Source: Zootoca vivipara
Lineage: Eukaryota
Length of the DNA: 64,000 nt
Direction of reading: 5' to 3'
Assembly (NCBI RefSeq): GCF_963506605.1
Contig: NC_083282.1
Location: forward strand, 45,198,001-45,262,000
Made by a program: the position numbers and the translations under genes. Position 1 is the first letter of the stretch. The number at the start of each line of letters is the position of its first letter. This document shows positions 48,021 to 62,500 of this stretch, in pieces. Under the pieces are notes generated by a model. The model was not told the origin of the DNA. It did no database searches and was given only the letters and a program-made list of their open reading frames with translations.

Positions 48021-48479
48021 GGTGTAACTATTAAGACAAGGAAATGTTCTGTTTCCTTTATTAAGTTATATGAAACAAATAGGTTGCAGTCGGCAAATCT
48101 GAAAGAAACTGAAACTATCAGAGATAGGCAGTTAGGCTTTCAGTCCGACAGGTCTCATCATGCCCTTGAATGCACATTTCTCCCGTGTAAGTGAATGGCT
48201 GCAAATCACTTGGAGTCAGACAGGACAGGAGTAAAGATACCTTTTGGCACTGTTTATGTTATCGCTGCCACTGACAATCCTGGTAGTAGCTTTCGCCACA
48301 TTCCTTATCTAATTATGAACATCTGTCTAGCTTTGATTGAGAAGAGGCAATCCTGGGAGGCTCTCCTTTTATCATACCTCTGGTTGCAGCATGACTAGGC
48401 AACCCCACCCCCCAGCTGTCGTAGATAATCTACCCAAAATTGTAATGCAAACTTTTCTTCATTAAAGGTTTCTGCCAGA

Positions 48480-48840
48480 TTGTAACGGAAGCGATTTAAT
48501 TCTACCAAACCCTTTTCGAAAGAGTGGGAATATAGAGCAATAAACTGTTCACGCACCCACGTGGGTTGGAAAATTTTGAGAAGTGAGGAGTGTATACGGC
48601 TACATATCAAACCCGGAAACGGAAACGCTGAAGTTGGAGGCCGGGGTAGTTGTTGGTGTATTTTGAACTGCGGTGAGGGAAGGGAGCGCTCGAGGACGAG
48701 GCGCGCGGCAAACTGGTTGTGAGTTTCCCCGTGGCTAGCTAATCTCTTGCTTTGCCTGACTTGATTGGCGTCAGTCAGATTCGTGTATAATCAGGAGGTG
48801 GGGTAGAAAATAGAGGAATCACGCCTGTCCCGGAGGTTCT
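48480..48840 (+). promoter_or_regulatory. AKR1A1 CpG-rich promoter and non-coding exon 1
   Basis: CpG cluster, palindromic E-box ACCCACGTGGGT, tandem ETS CCGGAAACGGAAA (~48613-48625), donor GCG|GTGAGG at 48672/48673. Confidence 0.65.
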
Positions 48841-51800
48841 GCTTTTGAATTTTGACCCCCCCCCCTCCCCTTTAGCTGTAAAAGTTGGTGGGTAGGGGAT
48901 GGAAAAACTGTTGACAGAAGGAGGGAGGGGAAGAAATAACAACAACAACATGTACCACTAACGTGCATTAAGTGCAACGTGGTATTATGCGTGGCGAGTG
49001 AAACTACACATGTTTGCATTGAAGTGAGTTCCGCATGGTGTTCTTTCCAACTAAATGTGCATAGGAGTTACGTATTTGTTTGGAAATAAGTCCCATTAAA
49101 AGCTGTGGGTTTTTGGCCCCACCCCACCCCGTGAAGGTGTAGAAATATCTGGCTGCATTAAGAGCTATTGGCAGGCGATTCATGTATTCACACCAGTACA
49201 ATGGTGTCTGTAGTGTACTTTGCAGCGACTACATATCAAAATTTCAGTTGTTTCCACACTTAACAGATATTTAATTATGGGTGCTATAACCACTCTTCCT
49301 GGAGATTACTACCAGTGAGCACGCCTCATTCCGGAGTAGCTTAGTTTACCCCTTGGCAGTCCTGTTTAGAAATCCTTGGTAACGTCTGCCAGTAATGAAT
49401 GCATGGGCAAACCATATTTTTTTTTTGAGAAACAGAAAAGGTTAAACTACTAATGTTTGTGGGTTGAGTGCAATGCCTTTTTAATTTTGAAATGGAGGTA
49501 ACATGTTTGGGGGGTTCTCTATCAAAATGCAGGAAGTCTACATTTTGTATCACATGCCTCTGGGCAAAACTCTGCTCACTTGCCAACACCCACCCACTCC
49601 CCATGCATTTCTGTTGCAAGTGGTTGCAATAAACCTTGAGGCAAATGACAAGCATCCAATAGCTAGGAGTGTGGTGTAACAGTCAGCACTATGGCAAGCT
49701 GAGGTGCTAAGGGATTCCCTGAAGATTTGCTTGAGCAAGTTCTCTTAATTATTTTGCTAACTCAATTATTCAGGCTGCCTCAATTTGTAGCCTACTTGGT
49801 TCAATTAAATTTAAATTGAAAAAGCTAAATTGCTCTGGTTGATCATACTGTATTCACAATTTAACCTGATTCAGAAACCATTTAAAAGAGTGCTTAAAGA
49901 AAAAGTTTCGTAGGTGTTATCCTAAACATAATTTGTCTAGAAGCAAGCTAACTAAAACCAGAGGGCATTTTTTCCCCTGGGATTAGTATGTAAACTAATT
50001 AGACTTTGTAGTTTCCTCCTGTGTATGTTATGTTCAGTAGAAATTGGGTGTGCATAGGATTGTTGCTCAGAGTACAAATATGCTAATAGTTGAGTTTTGG
50101 GGTGGGGAGGCAACAGCACCCCCATGACCCCTATTCCCCTCGCTTGCAGGACAGAGCTGTGTGCATTCTCATAGAATGTATTTTCCCTCACCCCAAACTA
50201 GACTGCAGCTCATATGTTTTAGAAGATACTGTCACATCAATAATGTTGTGTGAATCAATTACAGTATTACTTGTAATACTATCGGTTGGTAATTTTGTTT
50301 TGGACAGCTTCTGTACTGTTCCTGCACCACCACCCCCAGCTGCCCAAAGTCCTGCGTGCCCTTTGCCCAAGTCTGCTCAGCAATGATTAAAAGTCAACGC
50401 TTCTAAATCCACTATTATATCTGCTGGATTATACTTGCTTTCCAAAGCAAACAATTTGAACCAGCGTGGCCTCATGGCTGGTGGTGGGTTAAACTAGCTC
50501 CTAGGAACCCTGAACTTAGTTCCTAACTTAGACTGGACTAACTTTGTGGTGTTGGATAAGTCACTATCAGCCTCTGTTTCTATTTTACAGATATAGAGCA
50601 ACCCTGAAACGTCTTGGTAATATGATAGACTTTGTAAACCATGCACTGTAAAGGATAATTATTTTAGGAGCGATGTCTAGACCAAAGCATAAATGAAAAA
50701 ATTAATATAACTTGTCTTCGAAACAGAATCAATTACAGCCTTTGCTGTTTTAATTCTGCAATCTATGCACTTTAGCAGCAGTTGGAATTGGGTTTATTTG
50801 CCTCTGTGTCAGGTGAAATAAGATGAAACTGCTGGTATCTACTGATCAAGTTACTGATAATATATTATAAGTTGCCCTGGGTTAAAGTTTTGCATTCAAG
50901 ATTGATGTGCATCTTATCTAAAGTGCAGAGCTGGAATGAATAGTATACATACAGTGCATATATAACTTTATTTGTATGCCACATTTCCACAGTTTTTAAA
51001 CTACTGTACTGTATGGTCAAGGCAGCTTACAACATGGAAAAATACAGAACTGCAAAATAACACAAGTACTGTAGTAATAATAAATAAAACATTCAAAAAA
51101 TATACAACCGTACGGAATAATTTCCACATAAATCACAAGATCTAAAATAAAAACAAAAGAACCAGCGACAACAGCAACAAGATCCCCGTCCCAAAAAAAC
51201 AAACCCTAAACAGTACCAAGCCGAAGAGTCTGCTCATCAGCTTCTGCTAGTATAGTGAATTACACAATTCAAATCATATAGGTGCTAATTATGCTTTGTC
51301 AAATGAGATTCTTGGACATTTTTAAAATACTAAAATGTACTTTTCTTTGCTGGTTGTCCTCCTAAAGGCTTCCATGTCATATTTTCACAGGACAATGAAT
51401 CAGCATAACCAAGTGGTTAATGTGCTAGCTTTGTACATGAGTTTGAATCCTAGCATGTTGGTTTCAGGGACCTCCCCAGGAATAATGATGAGGCTGAGGC
51501 TGCAAGTCATAACCACTTGGTAGTAAATGCCATTGAATTCAATTGGACTTGACTTCTGAGTAATCATGTACAGGTACTGTATAGGGTTGCACTGCAAACC
51601 TGTGCGTGCTTCCTTGGGAGAAAAGCCTATTAAACTGAATGGGACTTGCTTATGATTATGTATAGGTTTGTGCTCCACACCTATACTGTATATATATTTG
51701 TCCCTTCCAACTCTATGGTTTTATTCTATGATTTTAAAGACAGGGAATCTATGAATATACATAAGTATTGTGAATATATAGTGTGAATAAGAGTTTTAAA

Positions 51801-52164
51801 GAGGGAGACTCGTTCTGCACACCAAGCCATTGTTTGCATGTAGGCCCTGCAACTTAAGCTCGTTTTCCTCATTGGCAGTATCCAATAGGCATTTATTATT
51901 TTATTAGAAATGTAATAGTAGAAGTGTGAATGTAATTTTCATCCTGCCTTAATTGTCTAATGGAGCTGGTGCTTAAATGGAGGAAGCAGTTTCATGGGAC
52001 AGCTGATCTCAGCAAAAGCGGAGGAAGTTGACGGAGACTGGAATCTCTTGAAGCATAATTTCCTTTTACAATTCAGCCAGCAAAGCAGCTTTTAGATCAC
52101 ATTGGAGGATGTTCCTCTTTGATAAAATACTTTTCAATCGGCACAAACACGCACAGTAAGTCAA

Positions 52165-52556
52165 GGGACATGGGTGGCGCTGTGGTCCAAAACACTGAGC
52201 CTCTTGGGCTTGCTGATCAGAAGGTTGGTGGTTCGAATTCATGTGATGGGGTGAGCTCCCGTTGCTCTGTCCCAGCTTCTGCCAACCTAGCAGTTCGAAA
52301 GCACACCAGTGCAGGTAGATAAATAGGTACCGCTGCATTTGGAAGGTAAACAGTGTTTCCGTGTGCTCTGACTTCCGTTACGGTGTACTATTGCGCCAAA
52401 GCAGTTTGTCATGCTGGCCACATGATCTGGAAAACTGTCTGTGGACAAACGCTGGCTCCATTGGCCTGAAGAGTGAGATGAGTGCCACACCCCATAGTTG
52501 CCTTTAACTGGACTTAACCGTCCAAGGGTCCTTTACCTTTACCTTACCTTTACCTT
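52165..52556 (+). mobile_element. Sauria SINE
   Basis: GGGACATGGGTGGCGCTGTGG head, GGTTCGAAT B box and (ACCTTT)n tail. Confidence 0.9.
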
Positions 52557-53596
52557 AAACTAATCCAACAAAGAGTCAAGCAGAATCCCTTTTAATTACT
52601 TTCAGTTCTATGCACATGCACTTGGGAGTAAGACTGCAGCTGAATTCAGTGAAACCTGCATCTGAATAAAAATCCATTGAATCTGCAACTTTCAGGCAAT
52701 GGGTGTGAAAGAAACAGGGAAGGAGTTAGTTAATGGTGTTATATTGTGTAAGTTTTGGACATCGAACAGAAAGTTGAGAATGAAAACCTGATATTGCTCT
52801 GTAGATCTGCTTGTTATGAAATCAGGCTCTGACCATGGCTTTGGGACAGACCAAGAGACCTTGCCTTTATATGCTTCCCTAAGTTTGTCAGAAGATAAAC
52901 TGATATCTTGTTCTGATAACCAGCAAGCATTAAGCTACAGGTACAGACCTGGCAGCCACCTTATGCGCAGATTTCTTCATTGAAGTGCACAGACTTACAA
53001 TATCTTCAAGTTACATCCCAAGGTACACGGTGGGGGGAGGAGAGGGTATGGGCTTGGGGAATACTTTGCCTGAATCCTTGTGGTCATTCCTTTCTATACT
53101 CAGACTTGCAGTATCCATCCTTAACTTTTTGTAATAAAGCAAACTCTTCTAATTTATAAGGAATAACTTGAGCTGCACCTCTTATTTAAGGAAAGCCTGT
53201 ATTTACTAGCAGCAAAGGCACAGCTCTCCCACCCTGCAGGTTACGCCTACAGTGATCCCTCTTAATATGCTGTTGGTTTTATAAAGATTTATATAGATTT
53301 TGGGTGTGGGTGGGTGGGTGGGCATCTGTAGATGTTTTTAAATTGTTGTAAGCCACTGTGAACATCGTGTCTGCCATGGAAGGGCAGGATTTAAATTTTC
53401 TACATGACATGAATAAAATTTATAAAATGTAATATAATCAATCCTATTATATATTTACACTTTGCATTCCACTCTCTCTGTTTCAGCTTAAATAAGAATA
53501 ATGTCAAGTCTACTACACATTCTGTTCTGTGTAGCGAAACAAATTGGTATAGCGTCCTAGTTAATATTTATATTATTGCATTTATTTTAGGTAAAG

Positions 53597-56500
53597 ATGT
53601 CTTCCGAGGCCAATTATGCTTTGCTTCATACTGGGCAAAAGCTGCCTTTTGTTGGATTGGGTACTTGGAAGAGTGACGCTGGACAGGTAAGACGTGAATT
53701 TAGTGTTTGAAGGACAGGGCCGGCCCTATGGCCAGGCTGGGTGGCGCAGGGCGCCTGCCCGCCAGGGGGGTGCCGCACAGCTGCGCCCGCCCGCCACGCA
53801 GCAGCACCTGCGGCAGCCGCGCTGCACATTGCGTCCGCCCGCCCGCCGTGCTGGGAAACGGGGCGGGGGGCGCTGGAGGGATCCGTCGCGCCAGGGCGCC
53901 AGATATGCTTAAGACGGCCCTGTTGAGGGAGGGGAATTCTAGAACTCTGTGCTAAAACCATTCAGATTTTTTTTTCTTTTAATCTGTGGCTGCATAGAAA
54001 GGTAAGGTTGCATGACCAGGAGCTACTGTATGTACTCTGTGCAGATAGAACATTTTTCAGTTTCTTAATTGTGATTAAATGACTGGGAGTTTTCCTCAGG
54101 CACATACATGCATGTTGTGTTAGGAGCAAGATGTAATAGAGAAGAGCACAATTACTTTTCTGGCATTTAAGCATGATACTGAGTAAATGTGTTCATCCAA
54201 GAGCAGCAGTCATGAAGAATAGAGATTGTGCATAGAAAACATCAACCTACTTGTTGCACCTCCCCCTTCTCTCTTCATTTTTGATATGAAAGTGCAAATG
54301 GATATTGAACTGAAATGGCTATCCTGAATGTAGATATACGGCAATGCAGAGTCAGTTCATGTTCTGATTGAGCTGGACATGAAATGTGGATTCTTGAAAG
54401 TTAGGCATATAGGCATGTACTTTCTTACAGCTCATTGGTATGACATCTCTGTCCGTAGGAGTAGTGCGGTTATAACTTTGATGTTGTGACTGGTACATGT
54501 GAAGCCCTTCACAAATATTTTAAATCATGATGAGATGTTGGAGGCAGAGATGTTGGATGGGTATGGCATAGTGTCCACTTGAGTCTGAGTCCATGTGCAA
54601 TAGTGGCATGACTTAGTGATGCACTTTCATCTAGCAGTGAGAGACGTGCCACTGAGGTTCACCACGGAAGAGTCCAGAAGTCAAATTCTACCTCAGCCAC
54701 AGACCTGCAGAGTGTTTCTGGAAATTGTAGCTCTGTGGGAGGTAAATTACAGTTCCCAGAATTCTCTGGGGGAAGCCATGTGGTGTGAATGTGACCTTAA
54801 TTCACATCTTTGCTTGTCCATTTGAACATGGGTTGGAACTGCCTCTGCCTCTGAATTCTCTTGCACCATCTTTTATTTAATACCTCTGTACTGATTGATT
54901 TTGCACATTCCAAAAGCAAGATAAAGAAGGAGGAAGAACACCCACTTTGCATAAATTTTATAGGTCCTATTAAACAGCCAGACTCCACTTCACTGAAGTG
55001 CCATTTGCTGGCTCTGCTTTTTCAGTGCAGTTCTAGATTCTTACAACTTAGTGGGGTCCAAGATTCCTTTTGAAGGGAGGCCAGTCATGTTACTAGTCGC
55101 AATGCATTTTATTAGTCTCTTTTTCGGTCTGACCCAGAGTTCTGCCTTGGTGGGAGGACACTTTTCCCCCCTCAACTTGGAAGAAAAATGGTTAGGAGGA
55201 GTGGGAAATAAGGATTTATCAGGAACCAACAAGCAGGGAGTACATAGTCTTTATTTCGCCTTCCTGTAACTAATAGAGTAGCTTCAACATGGACTCTGAG
55301 GAGAGGCTAATTTCCAGTCACAAGGCATGAAGCTTTGCATTCACTTTCTCCTTTGCACAAAAAAAGGGAGCCAGCTAGGGAAACTTAAGAATGAGATTAA
55401 ACATTCTTTGGCATTTTAAATGTGTTTGTGGGAAGGGAGGGGGCAACTGGTCTGTTCTCTGTATTTTGTGTTCTCATTTTGTACATTTTTGTTGTGAACC
55501 ACCCTGTGATCTTCAGATGACGGGCAGTATACAAATTTAATTAATAATAACTATAATAATATCTTCAGGCACTGATAATGGAGGTGACATTTTTGCATAA
55601 TATGTTTTTAAATGTTTAAAATCAAAGTAATGATTTATTGATAATTGCTGGCATCCAAAACTGGTTCTCCTGCTCTTGATCCCATTGCAGCTGCAATGCT
55701 TATTAGGTGTAGACAGAACAACCAATTTAAATAACATGTTTTAAAGCTTTATTTGTCTTTATTTTACTTCATAAAACGAAATGTATATACAACTTGATTG
55801 TTAAACAAAACGAAAACCTCAAAGCAGTTTACAAAGCTTTAAAGGCATCTGCAAGTTTCATCTTCAGTAGAATTGCTCTCATTTGGTAGTGTGCCACATT
55901 TAATTTTTCTACAGTGATGACAACGCCTTGTGTAACCTGAAGTGTGTTGCAACAATTTCATAAGCTGAACTTCCATTCACAGTGTATTTATAGCGACTTT
56001 CTGAATAGGAATGGTGACCATAAAATGAATCATGCCAAGGCTAGAGTTAAAGTGAGGGAAACAGAATTATTTTATCATTGTGACTAAGGGAAACTGATTT
56101 CTAATTAATGTGGCTTTTTAGAACATCAGAGCGTTTGTGACACTTTATCCATTGCCCAGGCTTCCAATAAGCAAAAGGAAATTAAATCTAAGAGGCATCA
56201 GAGGCTCTGATCTTTTTCATTTTTTAACCCCCCCAAAAAAAACTAAAACCAAAGGCTCTTATCTTCCTTTTGTGAATATTGTTTCATCTTTCAAAAAATA
56301 ATGCAGGAGCTTTATCAGATGAAACATCATTTAGGTATATTATTTATTCTATCATTGCCACGGAAACCTTTGCTAAATGTTGTTTGTTCTTTTAATTGGA
56401 GAACTGGATAAAAACATTGCTTAAAAACAATAAAATAGGCATAGTTCCGGTGGGTGGAGGACAAGGAGAGAATGAGAGAAAATGTATTGACCTTGCTGAG

Positions 56501-59500
56501 AATCACTTACATATACATCATCTCTTTGTGGATGTGCAACCAGACAATGAGACTTGTGGTAGTAGATGATGTCAGTGCTCAAGGTGGCATACATAATTCT
56601 TCCCTCCTCATTAATTCCCCACAGCACAGTGAGGTAGGTTAGGCAAAGAGGTAGTGACTGGCTTAGGGTCACCCAGTAAAGGAAGAAGAAGAAGAATTTA
56701 TTATTGGCCAAGTCCAGCATACTTGGAATTTGTTTCGGCTACATTGCAATGTAAACATACACACACTGTTCCACTGACAATACAAATAAGCAAAGAAAAC
56801 CCACCCATAATTGACCTCCCCTTCAGCTACACATCTACAAAATTTAACTGTTATTGGCACAAGGGAAAAAACTGTTCCTGTGCCTGGCCGATTTTGTATA
56901 TGAAGACCTGTAGCAATGTCCAGATGGGAGTAAATCTAGCAGATGATGACCGGGATGTAAAGGATCTGCTGCAATTCTCTAAAGCTTCATGGCCAAGTGA
57001 AGACTTGAACCCTTGCTATTTAGCATAAATCACCTTAAAGTGTAAAGGGAAAAGGATAAAAATAAATGCAAATTTCTCATTTTATAAAATTATGAAGCTT
57101 TCTCCAAGATGTATAGGCCTTTTGTCACAAGTTCTTGTAGATTTGGAATGGCACTGTCGGCTAAAATGAAGCAGATGTCCCCACATTCTTATGCAACAAT
57201 CTCCCTATTTTTCTTATAGGTGAAGGAGGCAGTAAAATATGCCCTTAGTGCTGGCTATCACCACATTGACTGTGCTACGGCTTACAGCAATGAAGCAGAG
57301 ATAGGCGATGCTCTGCAAGAGATGGTTGGAAATGACAAGGTAAAAAAAAGGAGCGAGAATATTGCTGCTGGAAAAATGCTGGGTGGGTGGAAGTTTCATG
57401 TTTATTTCAGATTGGCTCTGCTTACAAAGTGTAATTACATCTCCATATAAACCTACCAAGATGGCAATCAGCTATTGTTCCTGCTGTCTGCTGTGTGTTC
57501 GTGGGCTCTGTTGCTTTGACATTCTGCCTATCCCTTTGCTAAATGTCCTTTTGCTGCAAAATAATTCATAGGACACATTAAAAATATGTCTGTGTTGTTC
57601 TGTTGACTCTGGAAATGAAGCTTCCTTAGCATAATAGCACAGAAGGCACACACAAAAATCTAATCCAAGGGATGAGAAACTTCTTGAGCACTGAAAATAT
57701 TCCCTTCCCCATTCTTTCTAAAAGGCCATTAAGAGGGAAGAGCTGTTTGTGACTTCCAAGTTATGGAACACCAAGCACCACCCAGAAGATGTGGAGCCAG
57801 CTCTAAAGAAGACCCTGGAAGATCTAAAACTGGAGTACCTGGACCTCTACCTCATGCACTGGCCACACGCCTTCGAGTGAGTGTCTGTAGGAAGGAAATG
57901 TGGAACATGAAACCATAGCAGCACTTGGAGGGTGTGGGAGGGTCAGATATCTTTCACCATCTGCATAAATAGGAATTTGTTGTCACAGAATGATGAGCCA
58001 GCCCTGTTACCCCTTCTGTTCCTCAGGTTTACAACAAACACAGTTCATTTTGTTTGCCTTCGCTGTTGAGGGTTTGAGATTCTTCTTTTTTTTCCAAAAG
58101 GAAAAAAAGGGAGGAAACAAAAGCCTAATAGATGAAAACAAATTCTTAAGAGGCCTATAGAAAAGAAACCTGTGGTCCTTCAGATGTTGGTAGATGCTAA
58201 CTCCCATCAACCCCAACCAAATAGTGAGGAGGGATTGTGAGAATTGTAGTCCAAACACAACTGGAGGACCATAGGTTCCCCATCCTGTTTTGTGCCAGCT
58301 TCTAGATTCTGTGCTGTTATAACCAAAGCTGTGGATTTATGGGAGTTACTTTTCCAAGGCCTAAGATGGTTAGTCATAACTCAATTTATACTGCCATAAA
58401 TTTGGTATGAGCTTTTGTGTGCCTGCACACTTCTTCAGATACACTGAAACAGAAATCACCAGACCCTTATATATAGTGAGAGGGTGGGGAGGGGTATTAC
58501 TCAGAAGGGTGGTGGGAATGGGTGATTGGCTGATAGGTGTGGTAAACCTGTGGACGACTGTTAATGACTGCAATTGGTCCTACAGGAAAAAGCAAGGGGT
58601 GAGATGGCTAAAAATAGCTTTATCATGTATAATAAGATAAGAATCCAATGTCTCTATTCAGACCAGGTCTCTCCATGGTTTTAAGTTTGGTAAAAGGTAA
58701 AGGTAAAGGGGCCCCTGACCATCAGGTCCAGTCGTGTCCGACTCTGGGGTTGCGGCGCTCATCTCGCTCTATAGGCCGAGGGAGCCAGCGTTTGTCCGCA
58801 GACAGCTTCCGGGTCATGACAAAGCTGCTTCTGGCGAACCAGAGCAGCGCACGGAAACGCCGTTTACCTTCCCGCCGGAGCGGTCCCTATTTATCTACTT
58901 GCACTTTGATGTGCTTTCGAACTGCTAGGTTGGCAGGAGCAGGGACAGAACAACGGGAGCTCACCCCGTTGCAGGGATTCGAACCACCAACCTTCTGAGT
59001 TTGGTAATAAGTTGCAATTCAGCAATTTCTCTTTCCAGTCTATTTCTAAAATTCTTTTGTAATAAGACAGCTACTTTGAGATCTTGTATAGAATGTCCTG
59101 GGAGACTGAAGTATTCTCCTACTGGTTTCTCTGTCTTGTGATTCCTGATGTCAGATTTATGTCCGTTTATCCTTTGGTGTAGGGTTTGGCCTGTTTGTCC
59201 AGTATAGAGAGCTGAAGGGCACTGTTGGCATTTGATGGCATACACAATGTTAGAAGATGAGCAATTAAATAGTCCTGAGATGATATGTTTGTATGGGTTG
59301 GTTTTTAGTTAACAATTAATAACTACATATCAACTACTTGACCACATTGTAAGTGGTAAAGGAGAAGAGCTTGTTCTGGATCTGGGTCATATGACATGGG
59401 ATTTTAGCAGTACTTCTAATGAGTTGAACTTAAATAGACTTAAGATTGTTCTAGTTATCTCTTTGCTGTGCATATTTTTTATAATAGACGGGGGGACAAC

Positions 59501-62500
59501 CTCTTCCCCAAGAATCCTGATGGCACAATGCGCTATGACTACATTGACTACAAAGAAACTTGGAAGGCGATGGAGAAGCTAGTGGAAAAGGGTCTGGTGA
59601 AAGCCATTGGGTTATCAAACTTCAATAGCCGTCAAATTGATGATATCATTGGCATAGCTTCTGTAAAGCCAGCTGTGCTACAGGTAAGGCAGATGCAGAA
59701 AAAGAGGGAGCAGGTTACTTTCTGAGATGGTTTTCTTGGCAGGGGAGAGAAGGTGGGCCATAAGGATGGATGTTTCTGTTGGGCATGGGGTGGCTGTGCC
59801 GTGGAACTGCCCCTGCAGAATGGAACATCCTGTACAAAAAAGCCTGTTTGACTCTTCTAAGAAAGGTTCAAGTAGTTGGGACTTGCAGTTTTTATTTAAA
59901 GCGACTGATTACTCTTAAGTGTTGGTTTCCTTTTAATATGAGAAATGTGATCAGAATAGCCCAGCTTTCCCACTCTTACATTATCAAGATTTCTCTTTGC
60001 TTTGGTGGTTTTGTTTTTAGCTTTGCCCATTATGTTTGAGGTTGTTATTTTGAGGAAGCATGACTAGGGTAGGGGTTTGACTCTTTCTCCTCACTCCATT
60101 TCCCTGATTTAAATTGGGCCCCCAACCACCACAGCCAAACACAAATGAACAAGCGCATCCTATGCCAACCCCCCGACCTCTCTCACTAACAAAGGAGCAC
60201 AAACGAACAACAGAAAACCTGCAGGACCAACGCTGACACTGAACCCCTACACATACCAAGGAAAATAGAAACATCGGCACCCCACCCCACCCACCTACCT
60301 CTCCCCCCCTTTTCTTCCTAATGTCTTAACAGTCAAGCTTAATGTGTAAAAACAATGCATGGAAAAGAATATGAGACATTGTACTACCTTTGTAAACCAA
60401 GAAAATCCTTAATAATAATAAATTGGGCCCCCAACATATTGTTTGCTCCTTGGCAGAAAGTGAGGAGTAGAGAGAGAAGTAATGCATTTAAAGTGGATCT
60501 CTTGACAAAAAGATGTGATAATTTGAGTGAATGGGTACTTCAGATTCACATGAGACATTAGTCATCTTTAAACTTATTTTTCATAACATACTAGTGGTTC
60601 TGGTACCCAGTTTGAGAATTAACTGTGATAGATCCTGGTGAAGTGCTTTCACCAATTTGCTAAAACGTGTGATCAATAACCAGAATTCTTGTGGCAAAGG
60701 AAAGGCTAGTGTAGTGCTGCAGACTCATTGCAGACTCTGAGTGGCTTGCATGATCCTCCGCAACAGAGACATTTGTTTGTTTGTTTTTTAAAAACCCTCT
60801 CTTAATAATGTTCTCCTTTCAACATTGTTTTCAGCATGACACAACCGGTCTCACAGCATTCCTTACAGTATTTGCAAACGAGAGTCTGGTAATAGAAGGC
60901 ATTTTGTAAAGCAATAGGGAACCTTAAGATCAGGTGTCATGAGAAAGGAAGGGAAGCCAAAACTTGATTCAGGAAAATATATACTTTTTTATACAAAATT
61001 TCTATAATGGCATAAATGGTTTTACAAAGCTGTTATGCCTGGAGAGTGTGTTATCTGTATTTTGTCTTAAAATAAGCAGGACTGCTGAATAATAAACAGA
61101 TTGCAGATTCTAGCTAGTATGTGTAGTAAAGGAAATGTTATCGGCCCCTGCAGGGTGGAGATAAGGAAATGGTCAATGACTTGGGTTATTCTACTCCCTT
61201 AATCCAGCCCCAACCGTGATCAGTCTTGCACTTCTGCTTTAGAATGTTTATGCTACAAGTGGGAGGGTTTCCTCTAAGAGCAGGAATTATGTGACTTGTG
61301 AATGCCATTCTGCCGTTTCTGCCAATATATGAATTGACCTGCACCTGTCTTTCCTGCTTCTGCAGTGCAGGTGGGTGTCCCCCTCTCTTTAGCAATCTTC
61401 TCATTGCTGTATACTGCTTTTTTAAATAGGTGGAATGTCACCCTTACCTTGCCCAGAATGAACTGATAGCTCACTGCCATCAGAAAGGGCTGGTGGTAAC
61501 TGCTTATAGCCCTCTTGGTTCCCCTGACCGGATGTGGAAGCACCCAGATGAACCTGTGTTGCTGGAAGAACCTGGGATAAAAAAGCTAGCTGAAAAATAC
61601 AGCAAATCTCCTGCTCAGATTCTTCTCAGGTAATAGCAGGCTAGAATTTGGTAGAGGACATGGTGAGGACTTATTGGAACAAATGGATCTTTTTGGTTTT
61701 TGTGCGAATTCACTATGAAGTTTGTTTTAGCCCAAGGGGTGGGAAACATCTGCTGTTCCCCGCCCCCTCCCCAGGCAACTGTTGCAGGGCTACAACTCCT
61801 GTCTGAACAGCCAGCATAATGAGCAGGTGGTCCAGAATTATGAGAGTTGTAGTCAAGCAACACCTGGAGGTTCCTCATCCTTGTTTTTGCCAAAATGGTC
61901 TGTTTAGCTGACTTTTGCTTCTAAATGGCAATAAAGCATTTTAAGCTGCCTCTCCTATTTCCTATTTTGGCCTTTCAAAGGGCTGAAAGGTTATGGTGAG
62001 CTGTAGGCTCTAAGTGGATTCAATACTCTGCAAGATAGAGTCAGCTCCTGGTAAGAGAAGAGATACTGGAGGAAACAAAAGCTCCCCAAGTGAGAAAGGA
62101 GAACTTTATACCGGAGAATATGCTGGAATTTCTTGGCTATATTGCAGTCATTATCAAGGCCCAAGTGGGCTCAACTTTTCAAAAATAACCATTGATTTTG
62201 AGAATCCATTCTGAGGTTTCTCTGAAAGGAGCTGCTTTGGAGCTCTGTCTTGCTCCCCAACAACTGAGCTTTCCCAGAGCTTAGAGCTCTGTCTTCTTAA
62301 GATTATGCTGTGTCACACTCTGAGCCCTGAAGATGCCTTAGAAGGCATGAGAGGCCTGTAGAAACAAAGAGGATGGCAGGAGTGGCTGTGGCATGTACTA
62401 TTTTGCTACCTGGATCGACTATTTTGGATTGTATTTAGACACTGGAGGAATCACAGCTTCTCCTTTAACTCTGTAATAGATGGCAAGTACAGCGCAAAGT

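Noticed and set aside
53626-53961. Several GC-rich ORFs near the AKR1A1 first coding exon
   Set aside because: They arise from the stop-poor GC-rich MITE.
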